Shown here: positions 9,690 through 21,410 of the stretch, in pieces | How the letters are laid out: each line of letters begins with the position of its first letter | How positions within the stretch are numbered: position 1 is the stretch's first letter | From: Escherichia coli | Lineage (GTDB): Bacteria > Pseudomonadota > Gammaproteobacteria > Enterobacterales > Enterobacteriaceae | Assembly: GCF_044324785.1 (NCBI RefSeq) | Contig: NZ_CP172127.1 | Reading direction: 5' to 3' (one strand) | DNA length: 64,000 bases | The notes under the pieces: model-generated | Databases searched by the model: none | What the model saw: only the letters and a program-made list of their open reading frames with translations | Told to the model about the DNA's origin: nothing | Translations under genes and position numbers: made by a program

Positions 9690-12600
9690 AAATTCTCAGC
9701 CTGCGCCTGAAAAACCTGAACTCATTAAAAGGCGAATGGAAGATTGATTTCACCCGCGAGCCGTTCGCCAGCAACGGGCTGTTTGCCATTACCGGCCCAA
9801 CCGGTGCGGGGAAAACCACCCTGCTGGACGCCATTTGTCTGGCGCTGTATCACGAAACTCCGCGCCTCTCTAACGTTTCACAATCGCAAAATGATCTCAT
9901 GACCCGCGATACCGCCGAATGTCTGGCGGAGGTGGAGTTTGAAGTGAAAGGTGAAGCGTATCGCGCGTTCTGGAGCCAGAATCGGGCGCGTAACCAGCCC
10001 GACGGTAATTTGCAGGTGCCACGCGTAGAGCTGGCGCGCTGCGCCGACGGCAAAATTCTCGCCGACAAAGTGAAAGATAAGCTGGAACTGACGGCGACGT
10101 TAACCGGACTGGATTACGGGCGCTTCACCCGTTCGATGCTGCTTTCGCAGGGGCAATTTGCTGCCTTCCTGAATGCCAAACCCAAAGAACGCGCGGAATT
10201 GCTCGAGGAGTTAACCGGCACTGAAATCTACGGACAAATCTCGTCGATGGTGTTTGAGCAGCACAAATCGGCCCGCACTGAGCTGGAGAAGCTGCAAGCG
10301 CAGGCCAGCGGCGTCGCGTTGCTCACGCCGGAACAAGTGCAATCGCTGACAGCGAGTTTGCAGGTACTTACTGACGAAGAAAAACAGTTACTTACCGCGC
10401 AGCAGCAAGAACAACAATCACTAAACTGGTTAACGCGTCTGGACGAATTGCAGCAAGAAGCCAGCCGCCGTCAACAGGCCTTGCAACAGGCGTTAGCCGA
10501 AGAAGAAAAAGCGCAACCTCAACTGGCGGCGCTTAGTCTGGCACAACCGGCACGAAATCTTCGTCCACACTGGGAACGCATCGCAGAACACAGCGCGGCG
10601 CTGGCGCATACTCGCCAGCAGATTAAAGAAGTAAATACTCGCTTACAGAGCACAATGGCGCTTCGGGCGAGCATTCGCCACCACGCGGCGAAGCAGTCTG
10701 CAGAATTACAGCAGCAGCAACAAAGCCTGAATGCCTGGTTACAGGAACACGACCGCTTCCGTCAGTGGAACAACGAACTGGCAGGTTGGCGTGCGCAGTT
10801 CTCCCAACAAACCAGCGATCGCGAGCATCTGCGGCAATGGCAGCAGCAGTTAACCCATGCTGAGCAAAAACTTAATGCGCTTGCGGCGATCACGTTGACG
10901 TTAACCGCCGATGAAGTTGCTACCGCCCTGGCGCAACATGCTGAGCAACGCCCACTGCGTCAGCGCCTGGTCGCGCTGCATGGACAGATTGTTCCCCAAC
11001 AAAAACGCCTGGCGCAATTACAGGTCGCTATCCAGAATGTCACGCAAGAACAGACGCAACGTAACGCCGCACTTAACGAAATGCGCCAGCGTTATAAAGA
11101 AAAAACGCAGCAACTTGCCGATGTGAAAACCATTTGCGAGCAGGAAGCGCGCATCAAAACGCTGGAAGCTCAACGTGCACAGTTACAGGCGGGTCAGCCT
11201 TGTCCACTTTGTGGTTCCACCAGCCACCCGGCGGTCGAGGCGTATCAGGCGCTGGAGCCTGGCGTTAATCAGTCTCGATTACTGGCGCTGGAAAACGAAG
11301 TTAAAAAGCTCGGTGAAGAAGGTGCGACGCTACGTGGGCAACTGGACGCCTTAACAAAGCAACTTCAGCGTGATGAAAACGAAGCGCAAAGCCTCCGACA
11401 AGATGAGCAAGCACTTACTCAACAATGGCAAGCCGTCACGGCCAGCCTCAATATCACCTTGCAGCCACAGGACGATATTCAACCGTGGCTGGATGCACAA
11501 GATGAGCACGAACGCCAGCTGCGGTTACTCAGCCAACGGCATGAATTACAAGGGCAGATTGCCGCGCATAATCAGCAAATTATCCATTATCAACAGCAAA
11601 TTGAACAACGCCAGCAGCAGCTCTTAACGGCATTGGCGGGTTATGCACTGACATTGCCACAGGAAGATGAAGAAGAGAGCTGGTTGGCGACACGTCAGCA
11701 AGAAGCGCAGAGCTGGCAGCAACGCCAGAACGAATTAACCGCGCTGCAAAACCGTATTCAGCAGCTGACGCCGATTCTGGAAACGTTGCCGCAAAGTGAT
11801 GATCTCCCGCACAGCGAAGAAACTGTGGCGCTGGAAAACTGGCGGCAGGTTCATGAACAATGTCTCGCATTACACAGCCAGCAGCAGACGTTACAGCAAC
11901 AGGACGTTCTGGCGGCGCAAAGTCTGCAAAAAGCCCAGGCGCAGTTTGACACCGCGCTACAGGCCAGCGTCTTTGACGATCAGCAGGCGTTCCTTGCGGC
12001 GCTAATGGATGAACAAACACTAACGCAGCTGGAACAGCTCAAGCAGAATCTGGAAAACCAGCGCCGTCAGGCGCAAACGCTGGTCACTCAGACAGCAGAA
12101 GCGCTGGCACAGCATCAGCAACACCGACCTGGCGGGTTGGCTCTCACTGTGACGGGGGAGCAGATTCAGCAAGAGTTAGCGCAAACTCACCAAAAGTTGC
12201 GTGAAAACACCACCAGTCAGGGCGAGATTCGCCAGCAGCTGAAGCAGGATGCAGATAACCGTCAGCAACAACAAACCTTACTGCAGCAAATTGCTCAAAT
12301 GACGCAGCAGGTTGAGGACTGGGGATATCTGAATTCGCTAATAGGTTCCAAAGAGGGCGATAAATTCCGCAAATTTGCCCAAGGACTGACGCTGGATAAT
12401 TTAGTCCATCTCGCTAATCAGCAACTTACCCGGCTGCACGGGCGCTATCTGTTACAGCGCAAAGCCAGCGAGGCTCTGGAAGTCGAGGTTGTTGATACCT
12501 GGCAGGCAGATGCGGTACGCGATACTCGTACCCTTTCCGGTGGCGAGAGTTTCCTCGTCAGTCTGGCGCTGGCACTGGCGCTTTCAGATCTGGTCAGCCA

Positions 12601-12829
12601 TAAAACGCGTATTGACTCGCTGTTCCTTGATGAAGGTTTTGGCACGCTGGATAGCGAAACGCTGGATACCGCCCTTGATGCGCTGGATGCCCTGAACGCC
12701 AGCGGCAAAACCATCGGTGTGATTAGCCACGTTGAAGCGATGAAAGAGCGTATTCCAGTGCAGATCAAAGTGAAAAAGATCAACGGCCTGGGCTACAGCA
12801 AACTGGAAAGTACGTTTGCAGTGAAATAA
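9686..12829 (+). CDS. sbcC: Nuclease SbcCD subunit C (Rad50-like SMC ATPase)
   Basis: 1047-aa ORF with Walker A (GPTGAGKTT), long Q/L-rich coiled coil, central CPLC zinc-hook motif and a C-terminal LSGGE signature. Confidence 0.95.
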   Translation: MKILSLRLKNLNSLKGEWKIDFTREPFASNGLFAITGPTGAGKTTLLDAICLALYHETPRLSNVSQSQNDLMTRDTAECLAEVEFEVKGEAYRAFWSQNRARNQPDGNLQVPRVELARCADGKILADKVKDKLELTATLTGLDYGRFTRSMLLSQGQFAAFLNAKPKERAELLEELTGTEIYGQISSMVFEQHKSARTELEKLQAQASGVALLTPEQVQSLTASLQVLTDEEKQLLTAQQQEQQSLNWLTRLDELQQEASRRQQALQQALAEEEKAQPQLAALSLAQPARNLRPHWERIAEHSAALAHTRQQIKEVNTRLQSTMALRASIRHHAAKQSAELQQQQQSLNAWLQEHDRFRQWNNELAGWRAQFSQQTSDREHLRQWQQQLTHAEQKLNALAAITLTLTADEVATALAQHAEQRPLRQRLVALHGQIVPQQKRLAQLQVAIQNVTQEQTQRNAALNEMRQRYKEKTQQLADVKTICEQEARIKTLEAQRAQLQAGQPCPLCGSTSHPAVEAYQALEPGVNQSRLLALENEVKKLGEEGATLRGQLDALTKQLQRDENEAQSLRQDEQALTQQWQAVTASLNITLQPQDDIQPWLDAQDEHERQLRLLSQRHELQGQIAAHNQQIIHYQQQIEQRQQQLLTALAGYALTLPQEDEEESWLATRQQEAQSWQQRQNELTALQNRIQQLTPILETLPQSDDLPHSEETVALENWRQVHEQCLALHSQQQTLQQQDVLAAQSLQKAQAQFDTALQASVFDDQQAFLAALMDEQTLTQLEQLKQNLENQRRQAQTLVTQTAEALAQHQQHRPGGLALTVTGEQIQQELAQTHQKLRENTTSQGEIRQQLKQDADNRQQQQTLLQQIAQMTQQVEDWGYLNSLIGSKEGDKFRKFAQGLTLDNLVHLANQQLTRLHGRYLLQRKASEALEVEVVDTWQADAVRDTRTLSGGESFLVSLALALALSDLVSHKTRIDSLFLDEGFGTLDSETLDTALDALDALNASGKTIGVISHVEAMKERIPVQIKVKKINGLGYSKLESTFAVK

Positions 12830-12954
12830 CTATTCAGCAGGATAATGAATACAGAGGGGCGAATTATCTCTTGGCCTCGCTGGCCGTTATCCTGCAAGCT
12901 ATCACTTTATTGGCTACGGTGATTGGTAGCCGTTCTGGTGGTTGTGATGGTGGT

Positions 12955-14139
12955 ATGAAAAAAGTCATTTTATCTTTGGCTCTGGGCACGTTTGGTTTGG
13001 GGATGGCAGAATTTGGCATTATGGGCGTGCTCACGGAGCTGGCGCATAACGTAGGAATTTCGATTCCTGCTGCCGGGCATATGATCTCGTATTATGCGCT
13101 GGGAGTGGTGGTCGGTGCGCCAATCATCGCCCTCTTTTCCAGCCGCTACTCACTCAAACATATCTTGTTGTTTCTGGTGGCGTTGTGCGTCATTGGCAAC
13201 GCCATGTTCACGCTCTCTTCGTCTTACCTGATGCTCGCCATTGGTCGGCTGGTTTCCGGCTTTCCGCATGGTGCATTTTTTGGCGTCGGCGCGATCGTGT
13301 TATCGAAAATTATCAAACCCGGCAAAGTCACCGCCGCCGTGGCGGGGATGGTTTCCGGGATGACAGTCGCCAATTTGCTGGGCATTCCGCTGGGAACGTA
13401 TTTAAGTCAGGAATTTAGCTGGCGTTACACCTTTTTATTGATTGCTGTTTTTAATATTGCGGTGATGGCATCGGTCTATTTTTGGGTGCCGGATATTCGC
13501 GACGAGGCGAAAGGAAAGCTACGCGAACAATTTCACTTTTTGCGCAGCCCGGCCCCGTGGTTAATTTTCGCCGCCACCATGTTTGGCAACGCAGGTGTGT
13601 TTGCCTGGTTCAGCTACGTAAAGCCATACATGATGTTTATTTCCGGTTTTTCGGAAACGGCGATGACCTTTATTATGATGTTAGTTGGGCTAGGGATGGT
13701 GCTGGGGAATGTGTTAAGTGGCCGGATTTCAGGACGTTATTCACCACTGCGCATTGCGGCAGTAACTGACTTTATTATTGTGCTGACACTGCTGATGCTC
13801 TTTTTCTTCGGCGGCATGAAAACAACGTCGCTTATTTTTGCATTTATTTGTTGCGCGGGATTATTTGCCCTTTCAGCACCACTGCAAATATTGTTACTGC
13901 AAAATGCCAAAGGCGGAGAGTTATTAGGTGCCGCTGGTGGGCAAATAGCGTTTAACCTCGGTAGCGCCGTCGGCGCATATTGCGGAGGTATGATGCTGAC
14001 GCTGGGGCTGGCATATAATTACGTGGCGCTGCCTGCCGCCCTGCTTTCGTTTGCTGCGATGTCATCGTTGCTGCTGTATGGTCGCTATAAGCGCCAGCAA
14101 GCGGCGGATAGTCCGGTGCTGGCGAAACCACTGGGGTAG
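12955..14139 (+). CDS. araJ: MFS transporter AraJ
   Basis: MKKVILSLALGTFGLGMAEFGIMGVLTELAHNVG... recognised as AraJ; the track ORF extends 28 codons further upstream, the internal Met gives 394 aa. Confidence 0.9.
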   Translation: MKKVILSLALGTFGLGMAEFGIMGVLTELAHNVGISIPAAGHMISYYALGVVVGAPIIALFSSRYSLKHILLFLVALCVIGNAMFTLSSSYLMLAIGRLVSGFPHGAFFGVGAIVLSKIIKPGKVTAAVAGMVSGMTVANLLGIPLGTYLSQEFSWRYTFLLIAVFNIAVMASVYFWVPDIRDEAKGKLREQFHFLRSPAPWLIFAATMFGNAGVFAWFSYVKPYMMFISGFSETAMTFIMMLVGLGMVLGNVLSGRISGRYSPLRIAAVTDFIIVLTLLMLFFFGGMKTTSLIFAFICCAGLFALSAPLQILLLQNAKGGELLGAAGGQIAFNLGSAVGAYCGGMMLTLGLAYNYVALPAALLSFAAMSSLLLYGRYKRQQAADSPVLAKPLG

Positions 14140-14167
14140 ATTACTGTCACGGTGCGCGTTGCTTATT

Positions 14168-14272
14168 GCCGGATGAGGCGTGAACGCGTTATCGGCCTGC
14201 GGTTCCGGCACATTTTGCAGGCCTGATAAGACGCGGCATCGCATCAGGCATGATGCGCCAATTGCCTACGTT
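14168..14272. repeat. REP/BIME element between araJ and mak
   Basis: gccggatgaggcgtgaacgcgttatcggcctg ... aggcctgataagacgcggcatcgcatcaggc: typical REP palindromic units. Confidence 0.7.
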
Positions 14273-14274
14273 TT

Positions 14275-15183
14275 TTACTCTTGTGGCCATAACCACGCAG
14301 CGCCGCGTACGCCGCTGGAATCACCGTGCTTCGCCTTACGCACCGGCGTTTCACATTCGCCGCCGAAGACAAATTGTTTAATCAACTGCGGAACCGTTTG
14401 ATATAAACGGTCTACATTGCTCATCCCGCCCCCCAGGACAATCACATCCGGATCGAGAATATTCACGACATGTGCCAGCGATTTTGCCAGCCGCAGCTCG
14501 TAGCGACGCAATGCCAGTTCCGCTACCGGATCACTTTCTTCAACCAGGCGGATAATTTCACTGCCTTTCAGCGCATGTCCGCTCAAACGACGATAATCCG
14601 TCGCGAATCCCGTGCCCGAAATAAAGGTTTCAATACAACCTTGTTTACCGCAATAACAAGGGACTTCCTCGCGATAACGCAGTTCGTCTTCGTCCATCCA
14701 CGGTAGCGGATTGTGTCCCCACTCACCTGCCGTGCCATTGCCGCCGATATGCGCCCGCCCATTGAATGCCACGCCCGCGCCGCATCCCGTGCCGATAATC
14801 ACGGCAAATACCGTCTGCGCTCCCGCTGCCGCGCCATCTACTGCTTCTGAAACCGCCAGACAGTTAGCGTCATTTGCCAGCCGCACTTCCCGCTGCAACC
14901 TCGCGCTTAAGTCTTTATCGAATGGCTGACCGTTGAGCCAGGTTGAATTGGCATTCTTCACCACACCGGTGTAAGGCGAAATTGAGCCAGGAATGCCCAT
15001 ACCTACCGTTCCGCGCTGCCCCGTCGCCTGCTCCGCCATATCAACCAACGTGGCGATCGTTTCAATAGTCTGCCAGTAATCATCACGCGGCGTGGGCAGA
15101 CGATGGCGGTACAACTGCTCCCCTGCATCGCCCAGTGCAATCACTTCAGTTTTGGTGCCGCCTAAATCGATACCTATACGCAC
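14275..15183 (-). CDS. mak: Manno(fructo)kinase, ROK family
   Basis: [36 protein letters not shown]... recognised as Mak; GTG start at 15183 chosen to give 302 aa. Confidence 0.9.
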   Translation of the reverse strand: MRIGIDLGGTKTEVIALGDAGEQLYRHRLPTPRDDYWQTIETIATLVDMAEQATGQRGTVGMGIPGSISPYTGVVKNANSTWLNGQPFDKDLSARLQREVRLANDANCLAVSEAVDGAAAGAQTVFAVIIGTGCGAGVAFNGRAHIGGNGTAGEWGHNPLPWMDEDELRYREEVPCYCGKQGCIETFISGTGFATDYRRLSGHALKGSEIIRLVEESDPVAELALRRYELRLAKSLAHVVNILDPDVIVLGGGMSNVDRLYQTVPQLIKQFVFGGECETPVRKAKHGDSSGVRGAAWLWPQE

Positions 15184-15307
15184 GGTACTCTCCTTATTTT
15201 TTTCAATATCAATAGCGTAGAGACGGACAACCGGATTGGCAATGCAAGGCCGCCGACAATTCGTTATCATGCCCGCTAAATTTAACGACAAGGCCGTGGA
15301 AATTATC

Positions 15308-16219
15308 ATGCTGTGGTTCAAAAATTTAATGGTTTACCGTCTTAGCCGCGAGATTTCGCTGCGTGCAGAAGAGATGGAAAAACAGCTAGCCTCGATGGCA
15401 TTTACCCCATGCGGCAGCCAGGACATGGCGAAGATGGGCTGGGTTCCTCCGATGGGATCGCACAGCGATGCGTTAACGCACGTTGCCAATGGTCAAATTG
15501 TTATCTGCGCGCGCAAAGAAGAAAAAATCCTCCCGTCTCCGGTGATTAAACAGGCGCTGGAAGCGAAAATCGCCAAACTGGAAGCGGAACAGGCGCGTAA
15601 GCTGAAGAAAACCGAAAAAGATTCGCTGAAAGACGAAGTGCTGCATTCTCTGCTGCCGCGTGCTTTCAGCCGTTTTAGCCAGACAATGATGTGGATCGAC
15701 ACGGTTAACGGTTTGATTATGGTGGACTGCGCCAGTGCCAAAAAAGCGGAAGATACGCTGGCATTACTGCGTAAAAGCCTGGGGTCGTTACCGGTTGTAC
15801 CATTGAGCATGGAAAACCCGGTTGAACTGACGCTGACCGAATGGGTACGCTCCGGCAGCGCAGCACAGGGCTTCCAGCTGCTTGATGAAGCCGAGCTGAA
15901 ATCACTGCTGGAAGATGGCGGCGTGATCCGCGCGAAGAAACAAGATCTGACCAGCGAAGAGATCACCAATCACATTGAAGCCGGAAAAGTGGTGACTAAA
16001 CTGGCGCTCGACTGGCAGCAGCGCATTCAGTTTGTGATGTGCGACGATGGTTCGCTCAAGCGTCTGAAGTTCTGCGACGAGCTGCGCGATCAAAACGAAG
16101 ATATCGACCGTGAAGATTTCGCCCAGCGTTTTGATGCCGATTTCATCCTGATGACTGGTGAACTGGCAGCGTTAATTCAAAACCTGATCGAAGGATTAGG
16201 TGGCGAAGCTCAACGTTAA
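15308..16219 (+). CDS. rdgC: Recombination-associated protein RdgC
   Basis: [45 protein letters not shown]... recognised as RdgC (303 aa). Confidence 0.95.
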   Translation: MLWFKNLMVYRLSREISLRAEEMEKQLASMAFTPCGSQDMAKMGWVPPMGSHSDALTHVANGQIVICARKEEKILPSPVIKQALEAKIAKLEAEQARKLKKTEKDSLKDEVLHSLLPRAFSRFSQTMMWIDTVNGLIMVDCASAKKAEDTLALLRKSLGSLPVVPLSMENPVELTLTEWVRSGSAAQGFQLLDEAELKSLLEDGGVIRAKKQDLTSEEITNHIEAGKVVTKLALDWQQRIQFVMCDDGSLKRLKFCDELRDQNEDIDREDFAQRFDADFILMTGELAALIQNLIEGLGGEAQR

Positions 16220-16236
16220 TTGCTGATTTTCCTTTA

Positions 16237-16285
16237 ATGCCGGATGCGACGCCTGCCGCGTCTTATCCGGCGTACGAAGCTACAC
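16237..16285. repeat. REP element downstream of rdgC
   Basis: atgccggatgcgacgcctgccgcgtcttatccggcgtacgaagc. Confidence 0.7.
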
Positions 16286-16296
16286 CAGGCATATAA

Positions 16297-16752
16297 TTAT
16301 TCGCTACGGCGGGCAATAATTTTTAGCGCAGCAATATTATGCGTTTTACGCCGTAACTGATCTAATCGTCTCATCCCTATTCGCCTGTCAGCAGCACGCA
16401 GAATATTCACTAACCCCCATTTATCGCTGGTAAATTGTTTTGTTAACAGCTCCGCTTTTGGAGTATCAATATATTCACGCAATAAATCTGAAATTGAACA
16501 AATATCCGTCAGGTATGGATACCAGCAAGTTTCACCGTGAAAATTACGCACTCCACCGTTACCTGCAATAAAGTCTTTCGGGTAATCCCAGATCACGTTT
16601 TTATCCAACGTGATCCAATAACGAGGTAAATCGGTGCTTCCACCATTTTGGCTGCGCATGGGATAACGGGTACAGTGAATTTGCAGGTTGATCGTTGGCG
16701 TCAGTATGTCATAGATCTCCCGTTGTAACTTGCTCCATGGGCGTTGTGTCAT
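16297..16752 (-). CDS. Hypothetical 151-aa cytoplasmic protein, Trp/Tyr-rich, downstream partner of the 762-aa secreted protein
   Basis: ORF MTQRPWSKLQREIYDILTPTINLQIHCTRYPMRSQNGG...; no signal peptide or hydrophobic segment; its ATG overlaps the upstream gene's stop (ATGA at 16749-16752); AT-rich; no family recognised. Confidence 0.65.
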   Translation of the reverse strand: MTQRPWSKLQREIYDILTPTINLQIHCTRYPMRSQNGGSTDLPRYWITLDKNVIWDYPKDFIAGNGGVRNFHGETCWYPYLTDICSISDLLREYIDTPKAELLTKQFTSDKWGLVNILRAADRRIGMRRLDQLRRKTHNIAALKIIARRSE

Positions 16753-19037
16753 TGTTTTTCCTCAAGCCGGTGACGCGCTTCACTGCGAATTTTCCGCGTT
16801 GCCCCTGTTTTCACTAAATCACGTAACAGCGAAAGATCGGGTTGATCGACAAATAAGAGTAATGATGGATCCTCTTTTAACCACGTCGTTTTCACATCGG
16901 CAGCCAACTGTGGATTATTAATAACCAACGCCCGATCCTGAGGCTCAGTCAATGTCGTTAACAAAGACGCCGGGGTATGTGCGTTGCGCAATGCCGTTTG
17001 GCGCAAATGATCATTGCGACTTTGCAGCAATGCACGCCACCATTCATCATCTGATTTATCTTTTATCGTAGCCAGTTCCGCAAAAATATCGCTATCCTCA
17101 CTGTTCCAGCGGTGTAGTCCTCTTTCACTTTGCCTACGGGTGCTATTTTTCATACTGACAACAGCCAGCGCCCAGTCAGAGTTGAAGCGATACTGTTGAT
17201 CGAGTTTGTTGATAATTCCGGAAGGTAAATCTTTATTATCAAATAATTGGTTACGCATTCGATAGCGGTATTCAGCGGGTAAATCAACCAGTAAATCAAT
17301 GGCATTATTTAACATCTCTTCGTCAACAACACCATTATCAATCAGCGCCAGCTGTACTTCATAGACTTGCTCTTGATCTTCTTGCCGTTTGCTCATCATT
17401 AAATTTAATGTGCGTTGCCATAATTGTTTTTTATATTCCAGCGGCAACAATTTATCGCGTGCCAGCTCATCCCAGACGGAGGGAATATCATGCTGAGTGA
17501 GTAGATAACTAATCACTTCCTTCGACGTCAGATAACGCGCACCTTCGCGTAAATTGTGCACATCTTCCTTTGCCAGAGACAGTTGACGCGACTCAGGTAA
17601 CGCTATCAATAACGCCTTCACGATATTTTTATTTTCTTTATTATCCAGATACATTTGTTCTGCGATACGTTCAATATCCTCTGTACGCAGGGTTGCTGAC
17701 AGTTGAGTAATTTTTAGTTCAGTAAGCGTCCGGGCTAATGCTTCACGAACTTTGAGTGATTTATCTTTACTCAACATCACAGCTTGTTGTGCGATTAAAT
17801 CTGCTCCGGTAATTCTTTCGCGTAACTCCGGGTCTTCACTATTTATCAACTCATCGACCACTGCAGTCGGAACCAGCCAGGCGTAATCGTAATGGCTAAT
17901 TAATGTCTTGCGCACACTGAGAAAAGGGCTATGACTTAATGCCGCAACAATATCAGGAGAAAGATTATCCTGTCTGGCCTGCTCCAGCTGTACGCTCTCG
18001 ACGGGTACAGACATTAATTTTTTATTCACTTCGGCGGAAATGTTACTGTTTTTAACCAGCCCTCTGGCAACAGCTTCATCTTTAATTAATTCATCGGTAA
18101 GCAAATGCATCTGTTGAGCGGGCCAGGACTGCGCCATCGATTCACGCGTCTGGTCATCGGGGTGCTGTAGCAGTTGCAGCATAACGGCGGTTGACAAACT
18201 TTCTATATGAGTCAGAAAACGTGCCACCAGTGGATCTTCATGCTTTATTTTATCCGCAGGGAAATTATCGAGTTTCCCCGTTTCAATCCATTTTAATTTC
18301 TCATTAATTTCAGGAGCGGCTTTATCTCGAAAAAGAGGTAAACCCTGAACGATATTGTCTGCGACGCTGTCATAGTCAGGATACGCATTGGAAATATTAT
18401 CGGTTTCGATTTCACTATGATCATAAAGATTAGGCGTCACCAGTGAATAGGCTTTTTGAATATTCTCATCCCAGTTATATTCTTCACCACTTCCATCTTC
18501 ATTGATATAAAATTCAGCTTTAATGACTTCAAATTGCGTTGCTTTATCGGAAACAATAATGCCTCGCGCACTAATTCCCTTCATCACTTCAAAGTTATGA
18601 TCATTGTAATCAGCATAAACTAAACCTTTCGCTGTCATCTGTCCTTTGACATACGCGAAATCATGATTAATAAAGTTATCGACAATAACATTACCTAATA
18701 CAATCAGATGACCATTACCTGACAGATAATCATCATAATCGCCGGAAATCGTTAAATTACCGTTCACCACCAGTTTATTTTGATTGCTGAAGTTAGCGGG
18801 TAATGATAGGTCACCATTATGATAATACCAGCGGATATTATCTTTTAGCATATAAGCAGCTTCCATACTATCGTCGGTTGCCGCTTTAACCACGTTGCGC
18901 TCATCTGCCGTCATAAGATGAAAGTCAGAGGTGATAAGGTCCTCGCTACTGATCCACTCTGTGGCACATGCATTGCCAGTCATAAAAAACACGACCATAC
19001 AGATGACCAATATTTTAATTCTATTCATAATCTTCAC
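16749..19037 (-). CDS. Hypothetical 762-aa exported protein with Sec signal peptide, N-terminal Gly/Asn-rich probable beta-rich segment and C-terminal helical (HEAT/LRV-like) repeats
   Basis: N-terminus MKIMNRIKILVICMVVFFMTGNACA has a basic n-region, hydrophobic core and Ala-X-Ala-like cleavage site. The C-terminal half shows recurring D/P...LR...A...L patterns (SEDPELRERITGADL, SLKVREALARTL, DHLRQTALRNAHTPASLLTTL). AT-rich relative to its flanks. Not recognised as any K-12 protein. Confidence 0.7.
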   Translation of the reverse strand: MKIMNRIKILVICMVVFFMTGNACATEWISSEDLITSDFHLMTADERNVVKAATDDSMEAAYMLKDNIRWYYHNGDLSLPANFSNQNKLVVNGNLTISGDYDDYLSGNGHLIVLGNVIVDNFINHDFAYVKGQMTAKGLVYADYNDHNFEVMKGISARGIIVSDKATQFEVIKAEFYINEDGSGEEYNWDENIQKAYSLVTPNLYDHSEIETDNISNAYPDYDSVADNIVQGLPLFRDKAAPEINEKLKWIETGKLDNFPADKIKHEDPLVARFLTHIESLSTAVMLQLLQHPDDQTRESMAQSWPAQQMHLLTDELIKDEAVARGLVKNSNISAEVNKKLMSVPVESVQLEQARQDNLSPDIVAALSHSPFLSVRKTLISHYDYAWLVPTAVVDELINSEDPELRERITGADLIAQQAVMLSKDKSLKVREALARTLTELKITQLSATLRTEDIERIAEQMYLDNKENKNIVKALLIALPESRQLSLAKEDVHNLREGARYLTSKEVISYLLTQHDIPSVWDELARDKLLPLEYKKQLWQRTLNLMMSKRQEDQEQVYEVQLALIDNGVVDEEMLNNAIDLLVDLPAEYRYRMRNQLFDNKDLPSGIINKLDQQYRFNSDWALAVVSMKNSTRRQSERGLHRWNSEDSDIFAELATIKDKSDDEWWRALLQSRNDHLRQTALRNAHTPASLLTTLTEPQDRALVINNPQLAADVKTTWLKEDPSLLLFVDQPDLSLLRDLVKTGATRKIRSEARHRLEEKQ

Positions 19038-19130
19038 TGATATTTATATCAACCTTGATGAATTATGAATATATCGGAAATCGAAAAAATCCCAGCAAAG
19101 GAAATATTATTATGGGTTAAAGAGAGGACA

Positions 19131-19164
19131 TTTCAGAAAAATGCCCTCCCGTTCAAGGGGAAGG
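19131..19164 (-). terminator. Putative intrinsic terminator after ppnP
   Basis: Minus-strand CCTTCCCC-ttgaac-GGGAGGG stem-loop (one G-U pair) followed by a U-run (catttttct), downstream of the ppnP stop. Confidence 0.5.
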
Positions 19165-19171
19165 CGAGGAA

Positions 19172-19456
19172 TTACAGATAGCGGCACAGATAAGAGGTGG
19201 GTTCGGCAACTTGCAGATGAAACTCGCTGTGACCGGGAACATTAAACACCGAACCGGCTTCATACACCTGCCAGTCGGTCGCGTCAGGCAGTAACACATT
19301 CAGAGCGCCACTGATTACCGTCATCTCTTCCGGCTCAGCGGTGCTGAAGGTGTATTCGCCTTCAACCATAACACCCACGCTGGCGCGACCAGTGCTGCTG
19401 CTGGAAAAGCCGATCGATTTCACTTTGCCGGAAAAGTACTCATTACTTTGAAGCAT
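19172..19456 (-). CDS. ppnP: Pyrimidine/purine nucleoside phosphorylase (formerly YaiE)
   Basis: 94-aa [40 protein letters not shown]... recognised as PpnP. Confidence 0.93.
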
Positions 19457-19527
19457 AAACTGGCCCTGTCTGGTAGTTGAACATCTACTTCACTATAGGG
19501 GCCAGAGGCGCTGGCTGTCACGCAAAA

Positions 19528-20205
19528 TTACACCAGTAATTCCGCAGCTAGCCGTGCAATCAATACGTTAGACAGCAAGACAGGAACATCGAGCTGTTTT
19601 TGCAGTAAATCGCGATGACGCTGGTTAAATCCCAAACAATCCAGCATGATGACATCAGCCCCTTTTGCCAGTAATTCTTTCCCGGCATCAATGATTTTTT
19701 GTTCCGAATCATGAATGGGGTTACCCAATGAAAATACTGGCGGTTTCTGCAAAATTTGCCATTTTTGCGCCTGAACGGTCAGCAACTCCTCAACCGGTAC
19801 GATAACCCCCACCTGATGATCTTCAACAATAGAGGAAACCAGCGGTGGCAATATCCGCGACGGCTCAAGAAAGATCGTATTACGCGCGGTCATACTACTA
19901 ATGTTTGCTGTACTCATTAATATAATGACGTCGTAACCCTGATTATCGAGCACTTCAACCACACCTTGCAGGTCTCGTTCCACTTTACGACGCGAAACAT
20001 GGGCCAGCTGGTTGTCATTTAATAATGTGAGAATTGTGTCTTCGCCTGCTTCTGGCGCGTACTCCGCCATCACTTCTTCGCGGCTTAACTTCCCCAGCAG
20101 GCTATGATGGGAAATATTATCTTCGTCAATGTATTCTGTCAGGAGCGGCAAAACTTCCTGCATAGGTACAATGCCGATGGTCAGGATCGCCAACGACGCA
20201 CTCAT
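19528..20205 (-). CDS. aroM: AroM family protein
   Basis: 225-aa [43 protein letters not shown]... recognised as AroM. Confidence 0.9.
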   Translation of the reverse strand: MSASLAILTIGIVPMQEVLPLLTEYIDEDNISHHSLLGKLSREEVMAEYAPEAGEDTILTLLNDNQLAHVSRRKVERDLQGVVEVLDNQGYDVIILMSTANISSMTARNTIFLEPSRILPPLVSSIVEDHQVGVIVPVEELLTVQAQKWQILQKPPVFSLGNPIHDSEQKIIDAGKELLAKGADVIMLDCLGFNQRHRDLLQKQLDVPVLLSNVLIARLAAELLV

Positions 20206-20462
20206 TGTTCTTCCACCTTACTTTTATTTCGTCGTTAATTACCGGGCAAGCGCTAAGCACCACTGCTGACACTTACCTGTGCTACAAATGACAAAAAGCG
20301 TAGCAGCAGACCTGCACGGCATAATGTAAAGATTCCAAATGATTCCAGTAATGGATTGTTATTGTTTAATATTCTAATTATTTGAAAAACATGAATTGTG
20401 AAAAATGTGACGCAGATCCCTTGTGGTGGCACTCAGAATCCCTTCCGAGCAGTCTGATGCGG

Positions 20463-20663
<201 letters not shown>

Positions 20664-20703
20664 TTATTTCACGGGATGAACGTTAAGTATAGGCGCTCGA
20701 AAA

Positions 20704-21228
20704 TCAACAATTGATCGTCTGTGCCAGGGCACTGCGAATTTCAGAAATCACCTGGCTGGGTTCGTTTGTTGCGTCGATGATAATATGCGCAACTTCGCGA
20801 TAAAGCGCATCGCGTTCTTCCAGCACTTCCTGAACTTCTTCGCTCAGCGGTTTCCCCGTTAAGGTTGGCCGTAAATCTTCTTCCGGTGCAGCTTGCAGTC
20901 GGTTAACCAGGACTGATACTGGCGCACACAAATAAACCACGATCCCGTTATTTTGCATGAAGTGACGATTAAATTCCGTCAGAATAATGCCGCCGCCTGT
21001 AGCGATAACGGTGGATGGCGCAGTTACCGCTTCCAGCGCCGCCGTTTCTCTGGCGCGAAATCCCGCCCACTCTTCCCTTTCGACGATCTCCGCGACCGTC
21101 ATATTGAGCTGTGATTGCAACCACTGATCGGTATCGACAAACCGACGGTTAAGCGAATCGGCAAGGGCCATTCCGACCGTTGTTTTACCACAGCCCCGAG
21201 GCCCGATCAGAAAAAGAGGTTGTGTCAT
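20704..21228 (-). CDS. aroL: Shikimate kinase 2
   Basis: 174-aa [40 protein letters not shown]... with Walker A; recognised as AroL. Confidence 0.95.
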
Positions 21229-21392
21229 CGTGGGTTTTCCCCAATAGGTCGCAATGCGGCGAAAGCCGGTGTCATGAGAATAGCGATCATACCATCAAAC
21301 TAGTACAATTTCGATTGTAAAGAAAAAATTCCACTTAAAGTGAAAATCTCAATACATCCCTTACTATACCAATAAATATTCAAGAATGAAGT

Positions 21393-21410
21393 GTAAATAA
21401 TAAATTACAT
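21393..21410. promoter_or_regulatory. Candidate TyrR box upstream of aroL
   Basis: TGTAAATAATAAATTACA matches the TGTAAA-N6-TTTACA TyrR consensus with one mismatch; about 165 bp upstream of the aroL start, so its assignment to aroL regulation is tentative. Confidence 0.4.

Noticed and set aside
12871-12954. Upstream extension of the araJ ORF (track start at 12871)
   Set aside because: The extension is a hydrophobic read-through of the leader region. The internal Met at 12955 gives the 394-aa AraJ beginning MKKVILSLALG that I recognise.
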